38,897 bases of DNA from Actinomycetota bacterium (GCA_046725875.1 JBKOZJ010000025.1:1-38897); one strand, 5' to 3'. Numbered from the stretch's first letter, positions 8,075-18,203 are shown. Translations and numbers: made by a program. Notes: generated by a model not told the origin, from the letters alone.

Positions 8075-9226
8075 GTGACGCAGCGGACGGTGGGCGTCGG
8101 GATCGGGGCACGCGAGCTCGCCACCGAGGACATGGTTCTGAACATCGGCCCGCAGCACCCGTCCACGCACGGCGTGCTGCGGCTGCGCCTCACCCTCGAC
8201 GGCGAACAGATCGTCGCGGCTGAGCCGGTGGTGGGCTACATGCATCGGGGGGCGGAGAAGCTCTTCGAGGTCCGCGACTACCGGCAAATAATCGTGCTCG
8301 CCAACCGCCACGACTGGCTGTCCGCATTTGCCAACGAGCTCGGCGTGGTGCTGGCGGCCGAGCGGATGCTCGGCATCGAGGTGCCGGTGCGGGCCGTCTG
8401 GGCGCGCACGCTGCTCGCAGAGCTGAACCGAGTGTTGAACCACCTGATGTTTCTCGGCTCGTACCCGCTAGAGATCGGCGCCATCACTCCGATCTTCTAC
8501 GCGTTCCGCGAGCGGGAGACGCTGCAGGCGGTGATGGAAGAAGTCTCCGGCGGCCGGATGCATTACATGTTCAACCGCGTCGGCGGCCTCAAGGAGGAGC
8601 TGCCGGCCGGCTGGACCGAACGGGCCAGGCGTGCGATAGCCGAGGTGCGCGGCCGGGTCCCCGACATCGACCGGCTCATCATGGGCAACGAGATCTTCCG
8701 GGCTCGGACCCGCGGAGTTGGGACGCTCTCTCGAGACTTGATCATGCAGTACGGCGTCAGCGGGCCGGTTGCGCGTGCTTCCGGCGTCGACATGGATTTG
8801 CGGCGGGACGAGCCGTATCTCGCCTACCGCGAGCTCGGCGACGTTCTCAGGGTCGTCACCCGGACCGCCGGCGACTGCCTCTCCCGCTTCGAGTGCCTCC
8901 TCGAACAGGTTCACGTGTCCCTCGATCTCGCCGACACCTGCCTCGACCGGCTCACCGCACTGCCACCAGGCCCGATCAACGTCCGGCTGCCGAAGGTACT
9001 GAAGGTGCCGGAGGGCGCAACCTACGCGTGGACCGAGAACCCGCTCGGGATCAACGGCTACTACCTCGTCTCCCGCGGCGAGAAGACACCGTGGCGACTG
9101 AAACTGCGCTCCGCGTCGTACAACAACATCCAGGTCCTGATGGAGCTGCTCCCCGGCAATCTGGTCGCGGACATGATCGCGATCCTCGGTTCGATGTTCT
9201 TCGTGGTCGGCGACATCGACAAGTAG
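8075..9226 (+). CDS. nuoD: NADH-quinone oxidoreductase subunit D-like protein (stand-alone)
   Basis: [37 protein letters not shown] and C-terminal GDIDK. Lacks hydrogenase CxxC motifs. Confidence 0.92.
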   Translation: MTQRTVGVGIGARELATEDMVLNIGPQHPSTHGVLRLRLTLDGEQIVAAEPVVGYMHRGAEKLFEVRDYRQIIVLANRHDWLSAFANELGVVLAAERMLGIEVPVRAVWARTLLAELNRVLNHLMFLGSYPLEIGAITPIFYAFRERETLQAVMEEVSGGRMHYMFNRVGGLKEELPAGWTERARRAIAEVRGRVPDIDRLIMGNEIFRARTRGVGTLSRDLIMQYGVSGPVARASGVDMDLRRDEPYLAYRELGDVLRVVTRTAGDCLSRFECLLEQVHVSLDLADTCLDRLTALPPGPINVRLPKVLKVPEGATYAWTENPLGINGYYLVSRGEKTPWRLKLRSASYNNIQVLMELLPGNLVADMIAILGSMFFVVGDIDK

Positions 9227-9270
9227 GGCGGGGTGCCCATGCGGCCGCACGAACGCCCTAGCCTCGAACC

Positions 9271-9525
9271 ATGGCAACCGAGGCACCTCGCGACCAGCCG
9301 TCGCCGGAGAAACCGGCCAGCCGCGCGTTCAAGATCCCACCGAAGGCCGCCGTTGCCGCGCTCATTCTGGTCGCGGCGATCTGGTTCATCGTCGCCAACA
9401 ACGGGAAGGCAAGGATCACATTCTGGCTGACCGACGTCCGGGCGCCCATGTGGATTGTCCTCCTCGGCACCTTCGTCGCCGGTCTGGTCACCGGGCGGTT
9501 GACCGAGCGACGCCGCCGCCGCTGA
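9271..9525 (+). CDS. Small 2-TM membrane protein, LapA/DUF1049-like
   Basis: TM-'FIVANN..ARITF..VRAPMWIVLL'-TM pattern with a poly-Arg tail. Confidence 0.75.
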   Translation: MATEAPRDQPSPEKPASRAFKIPPKAAVAALILVAAIWFIVANNGKARITFWLTDVRAPMWIVLLGTFVAGLVTGRLTERRRRR

Positions 9526-9538
9526 CGACCTCGCTGGC

Positions 9539-10048
9539 TCATCCCCGGCTGACCCGAAAGTGATCGTCGGGGGGTTCCAGCTCGTCCGGCGGGACCCGGA
9601 GGACCCGTTCCAGCCAGAGCCCGGCGGCAGCGAGGAGGACCGCGGCGATGACGGCGACCAGGCAGACGATCGCCCGGTCACGGCGGTCGGCCATGTTCAG
9701 GTTGCCGGCGAGGAAGATTCCATATCCCGCGTAAAGCCCGGCGATCAGTGCGCCGGCTAGCGAGCTTGCCTTCGCAACTAGGAGCGACCTGGCCGCGAAG
9801 ACCGGATCCACCGGCCGGGCGTCGGGCCGCCCAGCCCGCAGTGCCGCCAGCCGGGATCGAAGCGCCAGCGCCATCGCAAATACGACGGCCGCCAGGAAGC
9901 CGAGAACGAAGACCACACTCCACGGAACCGCCCACTGCTTGCCTGTCCGGTCGTCGTAGACGAGCGCAATGCCCCAGGCGACGGCCCCGGTCACCACGGC
10001 AACAGCGATCAGGACGGCCACCCGCGTCGGCTGGATTTGTCCGTTCAC
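9539..10048 (-). CDS. DUF3180 family membrane protein
   Basis: QPTR N-terminus, VDP..AAR..VAKASSLAGA and LWLER..RVPP. Usual position downstream of folK. Start uncertain. Confidence 0.85.
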   Translation of the reverse strand: MNGQIQPTRVAVLIAVAVVTGAVAWGIALVYDDRTGKQWAVPWSVVFVLGFLAAVVFAMALALRSRLAALRAGRPDARPVDPVFAARSLLVAKASSLAGALIAGLYAGYGIFLAGNLNMADRRDRAIVCLVAVIAAVLLAAAGLWLERVLRVPPDELEPPDDHFRVSRG

Positions 10049-10144
10049 GGCTGCTCCATCTTGGGTTCTGATCGGTCTGCCTCTGTCGGGCGCCGCTCTT
10101 GACCGCCTCGCCGGCAAACCGCCCCCCTGGCGATCAATCCTCTC

Positions 10145-10714
10145 TCATCTAGGCACGGGCGCATGCAAGGGGAGGTCGTCGCGTCGCACGAGGGCGTCGT
10201 GCCCCGCTGCGCGCAGGTCAGTCACTCGCCCCCGCCCTGGAAGGGACGCATCAGGCTCGACGGCCAGCCACGGAACGAGGACGAACGACCGCTCATGCGC
10301 CCGGGGATGCGGCAGGGTGACCGCCGGGTCGGCGCTGATCTCGTCGTCATAGGTGATGAGGTCGATATCGAGGGTTCGTGGACCCCAACGCTCGCCCCGG
10401 CGCCGGCCGTGGGCTTGCTCAACGGCCAGGCATCGCTCCAGCAGCATCCGCGCCGACAGGGCGCTATGTACGAGGACGACGGCGTTGAGATACCGATCCT
10501 GCCCCGGGGGACCCCCGACCGGCGCCGTCTCGTACACCGGCGAAACAGCGACCACCTTGATGCCGGGCGCGTCGACGAGGGTGTCGATCGCCGCTTGGAG
10601 GGTCTCGTAGCGGTCGCCCAGGTTGCTGCCGAGGGCGAGCACCGCATGGTGAACCGGTTCGCCGTCGGCCGACAGCTTAGAGAAGCGACCGCCGCCCGGC
10701 GCCACCGACATCAT
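10145..10714 (-). CDS. folK: 2-amino-4-hydroxy-6-hydroxymethyldihydropteridine diphosphokinase
   Basis: LALGSNLGDR, SPVYET, YLNAV, RWGPRTLDIDL and LPHPRAHERSFVL. Confidence 0.97.
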   Translation of the reverse strand: MMSVAPGGGRFSKLSADGEPVHHAVLALGSNLGDRYETLQAAIDTLVDAPGIKVVAVSPVYETAPVGGPPGQDRYLNAVVLVHSALSARMLLERCLAVEQAHGRRRGERWGPRTLDIDLITYDDEISADPAVTLPHPRAHERSFVLVPWLAVEPDASLPGRGRVTDLRAAGHDALVRRDDLPLHAPVPR

Positions 10715-11073
10715 CTGCGGCTCCGTTCGATCGTCACCGCCACATCGTCGAACGGAACCGCGAGCGGAGCGTCCGGCTTGTGGACCGTCACCTGTACTCG
10801 TTCCACCTTCGGCTCGACCAGGCAGGCGTCCGCGATGCGCTGCGCGAGGGTCTCGATGAGGTCGACCGGCTCGCCCTCCACGATCGCTATGGCGGTGCTG
10901 GCGATCAAGCCGTAGTCGACAGTATCGGCGACATCGTCACTCTTGGCTGCGGCGCCGGTATCGGTCTCGATCACGAGATCGACCACGAAGGGGTGGCTCT
11001 CGCCGCGCTCGTGGTCGTAAACACCGTGTCGCCCACGCCCAGCGAGCCCGGTCAGAGCGATCCGATCGGTCAT
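10711..11073 (-). CDS. folB: Dihydroneopterin aldolase
   Basis: GRHGVYDHER, TVDYG, LIETLA and VHKPDAP. ATG at 11073. Confidence 0.96.
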   Translation of the reverse strand: MTDRIALTGLAGRGRHGVYDHERGESHPFVVDLVIETDTGAAAKSDDVADTVDYGLIASTAIAIVEGEPVDLIETLAQRIADACLVEPKVERVQVTVHKPDAPLAVPFDDVAVTIERSRR

Positions 11074-11146
11074 CAGGCCGTCCTTCCGGGGACCCAACCG
11101 ACCATACTCGCGCCGTCTGACCCCCGTCCGCCGAGGCTACCGATGA

Positions 11147-12013
11147 TCACAATGGGGCGTCGGTCCGCTCTCCGAAGGCTGCCATGGCCGCCGCCACTTT
11201 CACGGCGTCGAGTGCGCCGCGGATGTCGTGAACCCGCACACCCCAAGCACCGTTGGCCGCGACGAGCGCCGCAATGGCGGCGGACGCGACGTCGCGCTCC
11301 GCCGCCGGTCGCGGCGTACCGTCCGGCGCCGCGAGCAACCCGCCGAGGAATCGCTTGCGCGATGCGCCCACGAGAATCGGGCGGCCGAGGGTGGTGAGCC
11401 CGTCGAGCCGCGCCAGCAGCGCCCAGTTGTGCTCCGCGTTTTTGGCGAAGCCGATACCGGGGTCGAGGACGATGCGCTCTGGCTCGATGCCCCCCTCCAC
11501 GGCCGCCTCGTAGCGCCGGCCCAGCTCGTCGGTGACCTCCGCCACCACGTCGGAGTAGACCGCGCGGCTCTGCATGTCGACCGAGTGTCCGCGCCAGTGC
11601 ATCAGAAAGTACGGGACTTCGGTGGCGGCCACCGTGCGGATCATGCGCGGGTCGGCCAGCCCCCCGCTGACATCATTGACGGCCGCTGCCCCCGCGTCGA
11701 GCGCGGCCAGCGCAACCTCGTGCCGCATGGTGTCGATGCTTGTGTACGCTCCGGCACGAACCAGCTCTGCGATCACCGGGGCCGTCCGCAGTATTTCCTC
11801 GTCGGCGGCCACCCGCTCGGCTCCCGGGCGGGTTGACTCACCACCAACATCGACGATGTCCGCCCCTTGGCCGTACATCTCGAGGCCATGCTCCACGGCG
11901 GAGCGGGTGTCCAGGTAGCGACCACCGTCCGAGAAGGAGTCCGGGGTGACGTTCAGGACACCCATGACGACGCAGCGCCCAGGCGTGGGCAGGCCCTTCG
12001 TTTGGTAGATCAC
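11147..12013 (-). CDS. folP: Dihydropteroate synthase
   Basis: MGVLNVTPDSFSDGG, DVGGESTRPGA, DPGIGFAK, SRKRF and VRVHD. The track's upstream extension overlaps folE and is spurious; start is about 12013. Confidence 0.97.
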   Translation of the reverse strand: MIYQTKGLPTPGRCVVMGVLNVTPDSFSDGGRYLDTRSAVEHGLEMYGQGADIVDVGGESTRPGAERVAADEEILRTAPVIAELVRAGAYTSIDTMRHEVALAALDAGAAAVNDVSGGLADPRMIRTVAATEVPYFLMHWRGHSVDMQSRAVYSDVVAEVTDELGRRYEAAVEGGIEPERIVLDPGIGFAKNAEHNWALLARLDGLTTLGRPILVGASRKRFLGGLLAAPDGTPRPAAERDVASAAIAALVAANGAWGVRVHDIRGALDAVKVAAAMAAFGERTDAPL

Positions 12014-12033
12014 CCGCTCACTCTCCGCACGAC

Positions 12034-12651
12034 CTATTTGCCGAGAATCAGGCTCATCGCTTCGGCCCTGGTCGCCGGGCGGTGGAGCATGCCGCGCACG
12101 GCCGAGGTGACCGTCCGCGCCCCGGGCCGGCGAATGCCGCGCATCGACATGCACAGGTGCTCGGCCTCGACCACGACGATCACACCGCGCGGCTTGAGTA
12201 TCCGTACCAAGGCATCGGCGATCTGCGTGGTCATCCGCTCTTGCACCTGCGGCCGCTTGGCGTAGACGTCCACGAGCCTTGCGAGCTTGGAGAGGCCGGT
12301 GATCCGGCCATCCTCCCCAGGGATGTAGCCGACGTGTGCGACCCCGTGGAACACCGTCAGGTGGTGCTCGCACACGCTGTAGAGCTCGACGTCCTTGAGC
12401 AGGACCATCTCGTCGTGCCCGACGTCGAAGGTGGTGGTCAGGACGTCCTCGGGCCGCTGCCAGAGACCGGCAAACATCTCGTGATAGGCCAGCGCAACCC
12501 GCTCCGGTGTCCGCTTCAAGCCATCCCGGTCGGGATCTTCGCCGAGCGCGACGAGCAGCTCGCGGACCGCCGCCTCCGCCCGCTTCAGGTCGAACGGCCG
12601 GTGCGGGGGGACGCTGGGGTCCTCCGGCGGCAGTGACACAGGATCGACCAT
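12034..12651 (-). CDS. folE: GTP cyclohydrolase I
   Basis: TPERVA, SVCEHHL, GLSKLAR, RPQVQER and EHLCMSMRG. Confidence 0.97.
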   Translation of the reverse strand: MVDPVSLPPEDPSVPPHRPFDLKRAEAAVRELLVALGEDPDRDGLKRTPERVALAYHEMFAGLWQRPEDVLTTTFDVGHDEMVLLKDVELYSVCEHHLTVFHGVAHVGYIPGEDGRITGLSKLARLVDVYAKRPQVQERMTTQIADALVRILKPRGVIVVVEAEHLCMSMRGIRRPGARTVTSAVRGMLHRPATRAEAMSLILGK

Positions 12652-12725
12652 GTCCCAACGATCGCATCCCACGTGAGCGGACGCCGCTCCACCTCGCCCG
12701 TACGCTCGCTGTCACCGCCGTGCGC

Positions 12726-12752
12726 GCGACAACACCGTGACACGCCTGTTAC
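12726..12752. promoter_or_regulatory. Candidate OmpR-family (GlnR/MtrA-type) direct-repeat site
   Basis: GCGAC-n6-GTGAC-n6-GTTAC at 11-bp periodicity, upstream of folE. Confidence 0.35.
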
Positions 12753-12948
12753 ACCTGCTGGCGGGTCCGATTTGTCAGGACACAGCGATCTCAATGGGCG
12801 TAGGAGAATCTCTGCAGGCGTACCGCGTCCGGCAGGAGACCGGTCGTAACCGACCACCGCGCCACTGTGAGCTCCAGGCCACGCACTACTCGGCGCGACC
12901 AGTGCAAGCCGCAGCATCGCCGGCCACTGCTAGCCCAAACGGCACCGG

Positions 12949-14979
12949 CTAGTCGGCCCTGCGTTCGACGACCGAGCCGGCGGCGTGCTCCTCGGGCGAG
13001 ACCGTGATGCCGCCCTCCGCATCCGTGTCGATTGGAGACCCGTTGGCCGCGGCAATCTCCTTCGGCGTCATGACCGGCGGCCGGTCGGACGGCCGGCGGC
13101 GCACCGAGCCCGTCCAGGCCGGCCGGGACGGCCTCTTCACCACGGGGGCGAAGATCCGCGTAACCTCGGCCTTGTCCAGGGTCTCCTTCTCGAGCAGCTC
13201 GAGCACCATCTGGTCGAGGACCTCGCGGTTCTCGACGAGGATTTCCCAGGCTTCGTCGTGGGCGGCCTCGATGAGCTTTTTGACCTCCTCGTCGACGATG
13301 CCGGCGACTTCCTCGGAGTAATCGCGAATGTGGCCCATGTCCTTGCCGAGGAAGACCTCGCCGTTGTCCTGGCCGAACCGGATCGCGCCGAGTCGCTCGG
13401 TCATGCCGAACTGCGTGACCATGGCCCGGGCGAGCTTCGTCGCCTTCTCGATGTCGTTGGCGGCCCCGGTGGTCGGGTCGTGGAAGACCAGTTCCTCGGC
13501 AGCTCGGCCACCCATCGCGTATGCGAGTTGGTCGAGCATCTCGTTGCGGGTGGTCGAATACTTGTCCTCGTCGGGCAGCACCATCGTGTAGCCGAGCGCC
13601 CGGCCGCGGGACAGGATCGTGACCTTGTGAACCGGGTCGGTGTTCGGCAGTGCATGAGCGACAAGAGCATGACCGGCCTCGTGGTAGGCCGTAATCTTCT
13701 TCTCCTTGTCGTTCATGATGCGGCTGCGCTTCTGAGGCCCCGCAACCACCCGGTCGATCGCCTCATCGAGTGACCTGTTGTTGATGAGCTTCTCGTCCTG
13801 GCGGGCGGTAAGCAGGGCCGCCTCATTCAATACATTGGCCAGATCGGCACCCGTGAACCCCGGAGTACGCCGGGCAACGGTGGTCAGGTCAACGTCCTGA
13901 GCAAGCGGCTTACCGCGTGCATGTACCTGCAGGATCTTCTCGCGGCCTTTGAGGTCCGGTTGCTCGACAGCGATCTGCCGGTCGAACCGGCCGGGACGCA
14001 GGAGCGCCGGATCGAGGATGTCCGGCCGGTTGGTGGCGGCCATCAGAATGACGCCGCCCTTCACGTCGAAGCCGTCCATCTCGACGAGCAGCTGGTTCAG
14101 CGTCTGCTCGCGCTCGTCGTGGCCGCCACCAAGACCGGCGCCACGGTGGCGGCCAACCGCGTCGATCTCGTCGACAAAGACGATCGCGGGTGCGTTCGCC
14201 TTCGCCTGCTCGAACAGGTCGCGAACCCGCGAGGCACCGACACCCACGAACATCTCGACGAAGTCCGAACCCGAGATCGAGTAGAACGGAACCCCGGCCT
14301 CGCCGGCGACCGCCCGAGCCAGCAGCGTCTTACCTGTGCCCGGCGGGCCGTACAGGAGAACGCCCTTGGGGATCTTCGCGCCGATCGACTGGAACTTGGC
14401 CGGGCTCTCCAGGAACTCCTTGATCTCTTGAAGCTCCTCGATCGCTTCGTCCACGCCGGCTACATCGGCGAAGGTCGTCTTCGGCGTGTCCTTCGAGACG
14501 AGCTTGGCGCGGGATCGGCCGAAATTCATCACCCGCGAGCCGCCACCCTGCATCTGGTTCATCAAGAACAGGAAGATGACCACGATCAGAATGAATGGAA
14601 GCAGCGACAACAACAGGCTGACCAGGAAGTTCTGCCGCGGGTTGTCAACGGAGAAGCCGCCCGGGAGCTGCCCGTCGTCGGTCTTGTCGCGCAGCAGGTT
14701 TTGGACCTCGTTGCCCGAACCGTCGATGATCTCAGATCGAATCTTGTTGCTGCCCTCGACCTTGACCCCCTCTTTGAGGGTCAGGTCAAGGTGTGGCTCG
14801 TTGCCGCCGACGAGCTTGGCGCTCTGAACCTGGTTCGCGTTGAGTGCGCCGAAGGTCTGTGCGGCGTCGACGCCCTTGTAACCACCGGTCGAAGACAGCA
14901 TCGAGCTCAGCAGCAACACGGCGAGAACGGCCAGCGCAATCCACATCGCTGGTCCGCGGAATAGTCGCTTCAAGTCCAT
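12949..14979 (-). CDS. ftsH: ATP-dependent zinc metalloprotease FtsH
   Basis: Two TM helices, Walker A GPPGTGKT, Walker [21 protein letters not shown] and HEAGH zinc site. Confidence 0.99.
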   Translation of the reverse strand: MDLKRLFRGPAMWIALAVLAVLLLSSMLSSTGGYKGVDAAQTFGALNANQVQSAKLVGGNEPHLDLTLKEGVKVEGSNKIRSEIIDGSGNEVQNLLRDKTDDGQLPGGFSVDNPRQNFLVSLLLSLLPFILIVVIFLFLMNQMQGGGSRVMNFGRSRAKLVSKDTPKTTFADVAGVDEAIEELQEIKEFLESPAKFQSIGAKIPKGVLLYGPPGTGKTLLARAVAGEAGVPFYSISGSDFVEMFVGVGASRVRDLFEQAKANAPAIVFVDEIDAVGRHRGAGLGGGHDEREQTLNQLLVEMDGFDVKGGVILMAATNRPDILDPALLRPGRFDRQIAVEQPDLKGREKILQVHARGKPLAQDVDLTTVARRTPGFTGADLANVLNEAALLTARQDEKLINNRSLDEAIDRVVAGPQKRSRIMNDKEKKITAYHEAGHALVAHALPNTDPVHKVTILSRGRALGYTMVLPDEDKYSTTRNEMLDQLAYAMGGRAAEELVFHDPTTGAANDIEKATKLARAMVTQFGMTERLGAIRFGQDNGEVFLGKDMGHIRDYSEEVAGIVDEEVKKLIEAAHDEAWEILVENREVLDQMVLELLEKETLDKAEVTRIFAPVVKRPSRPAWTGSVRRRPSDRPPVMTPKEIAAANGSPIDTDAEGGITVSPEEHAAGSVVERRAD

Positions 14980-15011
14980 CTACCCGGGGCGTTCCTGGCC
15001 CCGTCCCTCCT
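14980..15011 (-). promoter_or_regulatory. Structured ribosome-binding region of ftsH: AGGAGG followed by a GC hairpin
   Basis: Minus strand reads AGGAGG-GA-CGGGGC-caggaac-GCCCCG-GGTAG-ATG. Confidence 0.55.
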
Positions 15012-15284
15012 GCCAGTCCACACCGGGCGCTCAAGATCAGCGGCGCCCGGAGGCGTCAGACCTCGATCATGCCAGAGGTACGACGCTACACCGAGGCTAG
15101 TGACGCCGTGGCGCAGCGTCGCCTTCACCTCGCATACAAGTGTCCGTCAAGTGGAACGAGAGACAAAGTCCAGCGTGTTCCCGGTCCCGTTCCGGCAAAG
15201 CCTCCCCTTCGCCAGCCAGCCCTGGACGCGCCCGCTGACTTCCAGCTCGGCGGGGTTGATCCCGCGTGCTGAGAGAGGACGCAT

Positions 15285-15845
15285 TCAAGGGTGGGACGTG
15301 TAGACATGCGGCGCGAGGGTGCCGACAAAGGGCAGGTTACGGTAGCGCTCCGCGTAATCCAGCCCGTAGCCGATCACGAACTCATTCGGGATGTCGAAAC
15401 CGACATATCGGACATCGACCGCAACCTGGAGCGCCTCCGGCTTACGCAGCAGCGCGAAAACTTCAAGCGAGGCCGGCCCGCGTGAGGCGAAGTTCGCGAG
15501 CAGCCAGGACAACGTCAAGCCAGAGTCGACAATGTCCTCGACAACTAGCACATTCCGCCCGCCGATATCGGAATCGAGGTCCTTCAAGATCCGCACAACG
15601 CCCGAAGATTTGGTCCCCGCGCCATAGGACGAGATGGCCATCCAGTCCATCTCCACTGGGCTGTGGAGTTTGCGCGCGAGGTCTGCCATCACCATGACCG
15701 CGCCCTTGAGTACGCCGACGAGGAGCAAGTTACGGCCCGAATAGTCGGCATCGATCTTTGCGGCGACCTCGGTCAGCCGGACCTGGATCTGGTCATCGGT
15801 CAGCAGGATCGACGCAAGGTCTTCGCCCATGTCCGTCTCGTCCAC
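15285..15845 (-). CDS. hpt: Hypoxanthine phosphoribosyltransferase
   Basis: [24 protein letters not shown] and [12 protein letters not shown] start at 15845 with a GGAGG SD. Confidence 0.97.
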   Translation of the reverse strand: MDETDMGEDLASILLTDDQIQVRLTEVAAKIDADYSGRNLLLVGVLKGAVMVMADLARKLHSPVEMDWMAISSYGAGTKSSGVVRILKDLDSDIGGRNVLVVEDIVDSGLTLSWLLANFASRGPASLEVFALLRKPEALQVAVDVRYVGFDIPNEFVIGYGLDYAERYRNLPFVGTLAPHVYTSHP

Positions 15846-15861
15846 CGCGCCCTCCCCATCG

Positions 15862-16935
15862 TCAGGAGCCGTCGCCGCCATCTGCTCGCGCGAGGACGAG
15901 CCTGCCATAGCGGCGGCGCGCCTTGACCATGCCGGGCAGGTCGACGCGCAGCTGCCCGCGCCAGGCCGTGACCAGGTCGTCGAGCGCGTCGATATGCACG
16001 GCGAACAGGTCGGTAGCTGGAGCACCGGCCATGAGCGCCGCCATCTTCAGCACTCGTTTCCTGACCGCCCCGGGCACCCCCGCCAATACCGCGACGTCCA
16101 GCTCCACCGCGGTACCGGCGGCCGGCTCGGGTACGGACTCGTCCGGTCCCACGCTGCCTCCCGATGATCTATGGGTTTTCGCGCCGTGCGCGGTCGCCCG
16201 TACAAAGGTCTCGCTGGCCCACCGGTCCAACGCGTCGGCATCCTCGCGGAGCTGGGCCGCGGTCCGCGCGAGGGCATCGGCCACACCGGGGCCCAGGGCA
16301 CGCTCGAGAGCAGGCAGCGCGTCGAGGCGGACCCGGACCCGCGCGTAGGAACGGTCGGTGTTGTGCGGGTCCTCCCAGGGCTCGAGGCCCTCCGCAGCAC
16401 ACGCAGCCCTGGTGGTCTCTCGAGAGACGTCGAGAAACGGCCTTCGATAGCGCCCGTTCGAAGAGACCGGCGGCATTCCGGCCAGCGAGCGGGCGCCGGA
16501 CCCGCGGGCCAGTCCGAGCAAGACCGTCTCCGCCTGATCATCGCGGGTGTGCGCAAGGAGTACGGCAACCGCGCCGTGGCGCTCGGCTGCGGCGTCGAGC
16601 GCGCTGTATCGGGCGCGGCGTGCGGCACCCTCCGGTCCGTCGTGGCCAGGATCGACTGTCACGGTGGTAACCGCGACCGGGTCGAGGCCAAGCTCCTTCA
16701 TCGTCGCGGCGACGCCGGCGGCGGTCGCGCTCGAGCCCGGCTGTACGCCGTGGTCGACGGTAACCGCCCCCGCCTGCAAGCCCGCCCGCGGGGCCTCGAA
16801 TGCGGCGGCGGCCGCCAGCGCAAGGGAGTCGGCCCCGCCGCTGCACGCGACCAGGGCGAGGCCGCCGGTGGGCAGCTCGGCCAGATGCTGGCGTACCGCC
16901 AAGCGGCACGCGGCAACCGCCGGATGTGGACCCAT
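15862..16935 (-). CDS. tilS: tRNA(Ile)-lysidine synthetase
   Basis: PP-loop [31 protein letters not shown] and WEDPHN. Confidence 0.96.
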   Translation of the reverse strand: MGPHPAVAACRLAVRQHLAELPTGGLALVACSGGADSLALAAAAAFEAPRAGLQAGAVTVDHGVQPGSSATAAGVAATMKELGLDPVAVTTVTVDPGHDGPEGAARRARYSALDAAAERHGAVAVLLAHTRDDQAETVLLGLARGSGARSLAGMPPVSSNGRYRRPFLDVSRETTRAACAAEGLEPWEDPHNTDRSYARVRVRLDALPALERALGPGVADALARTAAQLREDADALDRWASETFVRATAHGAKTHRSSGGSVGPDESVPEPAAGTAVELDVAVLAGVPGAVRKRVLKMAALMAGAPATDLFAVHIDALDDLVTAWRGQLRVDLPGMVKARRRYGRLVLARADGGDGS

Positions 16936-16942
16936 CGCCGCC

Positions 16943-17048
16943 AGGCTACGGGAGCCTCTCGCCGACGAAGAGTTGGATCACGCTCGCTGGCCGCCGTTCG
17001 TAGCCAAGGACATTCCGGGCGGACGTGCGGCGGCGCGCCGCGTACGGT
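16943..17048. promoter_or_regulatory. Candidate divergent leaderless promoters for tilS and the Zn-protease gene
   Basis: Minus-strand TAGCCT (16948-16943) lies 7 nt before the tilS ATG. Plus-strand TACGGT (17043-17048) lies 6 nt before ATG 17055. Confidence 0.5.
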
Positions 17049-17054
17049 GTGGGT

Positions 17055-18203
17055 ATGCCTGCAACGGACGATGTGATCGACTGGGACCTGGCGATCAGCA
17101 CCGCGAACCGGTTGGTAAAGCCGGGACCGCAAGTTCCCCGCGAGGAGGCGGCCGACGTGGTGGCCGATCTACGCAAGTACGCGGCCGAGGCGGTCGGTCA
17201 TGTCCGCCAAGTGACCAAGCTCGAGGCGCCGGTCTCCGCCGCACCAATCCTCGTCATCGACCGGCGCGGCTGGATCAAGGCGAACATCGGCGGGCTCCGC
17301 AACGTACTCGAACCCCTCAGCGACAAGCTCCGCGCTCGCCGGACCACCGCATCGGGTGGTGGTCTCGTGACCGCAGTGGGCTCGCGGGTCACCGGGCTCG
17401 AGGTCGGAACGCTGCTCGCGTTTCTTGCCGGCAAGGTGCTCGGGCAGTACGAGGTCTTCGGCGACGGATCCGCGTTGCCCGGCCAGCACTGGCCGGAGCC
17501 CCAGCACGGCGAGACGGCCCGCTCGGCCGGCACCGAACTCGTACCCGTTCCCGGCTACGGCAGTCTGCTGCTCGTTGCGCCCAACATCCTCCAGGTGGAA
17601 CAGGAGCTGCGAGTCGTGCCCCGCGACTTCCGACTGTGGGTCTGCCTGCACGAGGAGACTCACCGTGCTCAGTTTGCGGCGGTCCCCTGGCTGCGCGAGC
17701 ACATCGCAGCCGAGGTGCGCAGTTTCTTGGACGAGACGGAGCTCGATCCCAGCGCCGTATTGCGCCGCCTCCGGGACGGCGTAGACGCACTGGTCGACGC
17801 GATCCGCGGTGAAGGCGATACAGCTTTGATCGACGTGGTGCAGACGCCGCGGCAGAAGGAGATACTCGACCGCCTCACGGGCGTGATGTCGCTGCTCGAG
17901 GGCCACGCTGACTACGTCATGGACGCCGTGGGGCCGCAGATCATCCCCACCGTGGCCGACATCAGGAGGAAATTCCAGCGTCGACGGGCCGGCACCAGCC
18001 GGCTGGACATCGCCGTGCGCAAGCTCCTCGGTCTCGAGGCGAAGATGCGTCAATACCGGGAGGGCGAGCGGTTCGTCCGTACGGTCGTGGACCGGGTCGG
18101 GATGGACGGCTTCAACCGCGTCTGGACCTCACCCAACACACTTCCCAACGGGGCCGAGATCACCGAGCCAGACGCCTGGATAGGCCGGATGCGGCTCGCC
18201 TGA
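17055..18203 (+). CDS. Zinc-dependent metalloprotease (Rv3626c-like, 'F420-biosynthesis-associated' family)
   Basis: IDWDLA, VLGQYE, LVAPNI, LWVCLHEETHRAQF (HExxH), MSLLEGHADYVM and KMRQY..G..FV. Confidence 0.92.
   Translation: MPATDDVIDWDLAISTANRLVKPGPQVPREEAADVVADLRKYAAEAVGHVRQVTKLEAPVSAAPILVIDRRGWIKANIGGLRNVLEPLSDKLRARRTTASGGGLVTAVGSRVTGLEVGTLLAFLAGKVLGQYEVFGDGSALPGQHWPEPQHGETARSAGTELVPVPGYGSLLLVAPNILQVEQELRVVPRDFRLWVCLHEETHRAQFAAVPWLREHIAAEVRSFLDETELDPSAVLRRLRDGVDALVDAIRGEGDTALIDVVQTPRQKEILDRLTGVMSLLEGHADYVMDAVGPQIIPTVADIRRKFQRRRAGTSRLDIAVRKLLGLEAKMRQYREGERFVRTVVDRVGMDGFNRVWTSPNTLPNGAEITEPDAWIGRMRLA

Noticed and set aside
8075..9226. NiFe-hydrogenase large subunit
   Set aside because: No N- or C-terminal CxxC nickel ligands. 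The motifs are Complex I type.
10069..10136. TGATCG...CGATCA ends in the folK-DUF3180 spacer
   Set aside because: Only a 6-bp IR that does not extend, so it could be chance.
12014..12715. Apparent 234-aa N-terminal extension of FolP (FolE-FolP fusion or frameshift)
   Set aside because: It overlaps folE in another frame, is low-complexity, and folE has its own stop. folP has a plausible SD and GTG at 12013.
12737..12952. 71-aa ORF between folE and ftsH
   Set aside because: No SD, poor GC3 bias and no recognisable motif.
15155..15181. ECF (SigR/SigH-type) promoter GGAAC-n19-GTT upstream of ftsH on the minus strand
   Set aside because: The spacer is longer than the usual 17-18 nt. It is plausible for a stress protease but not supportable from sequence alone.
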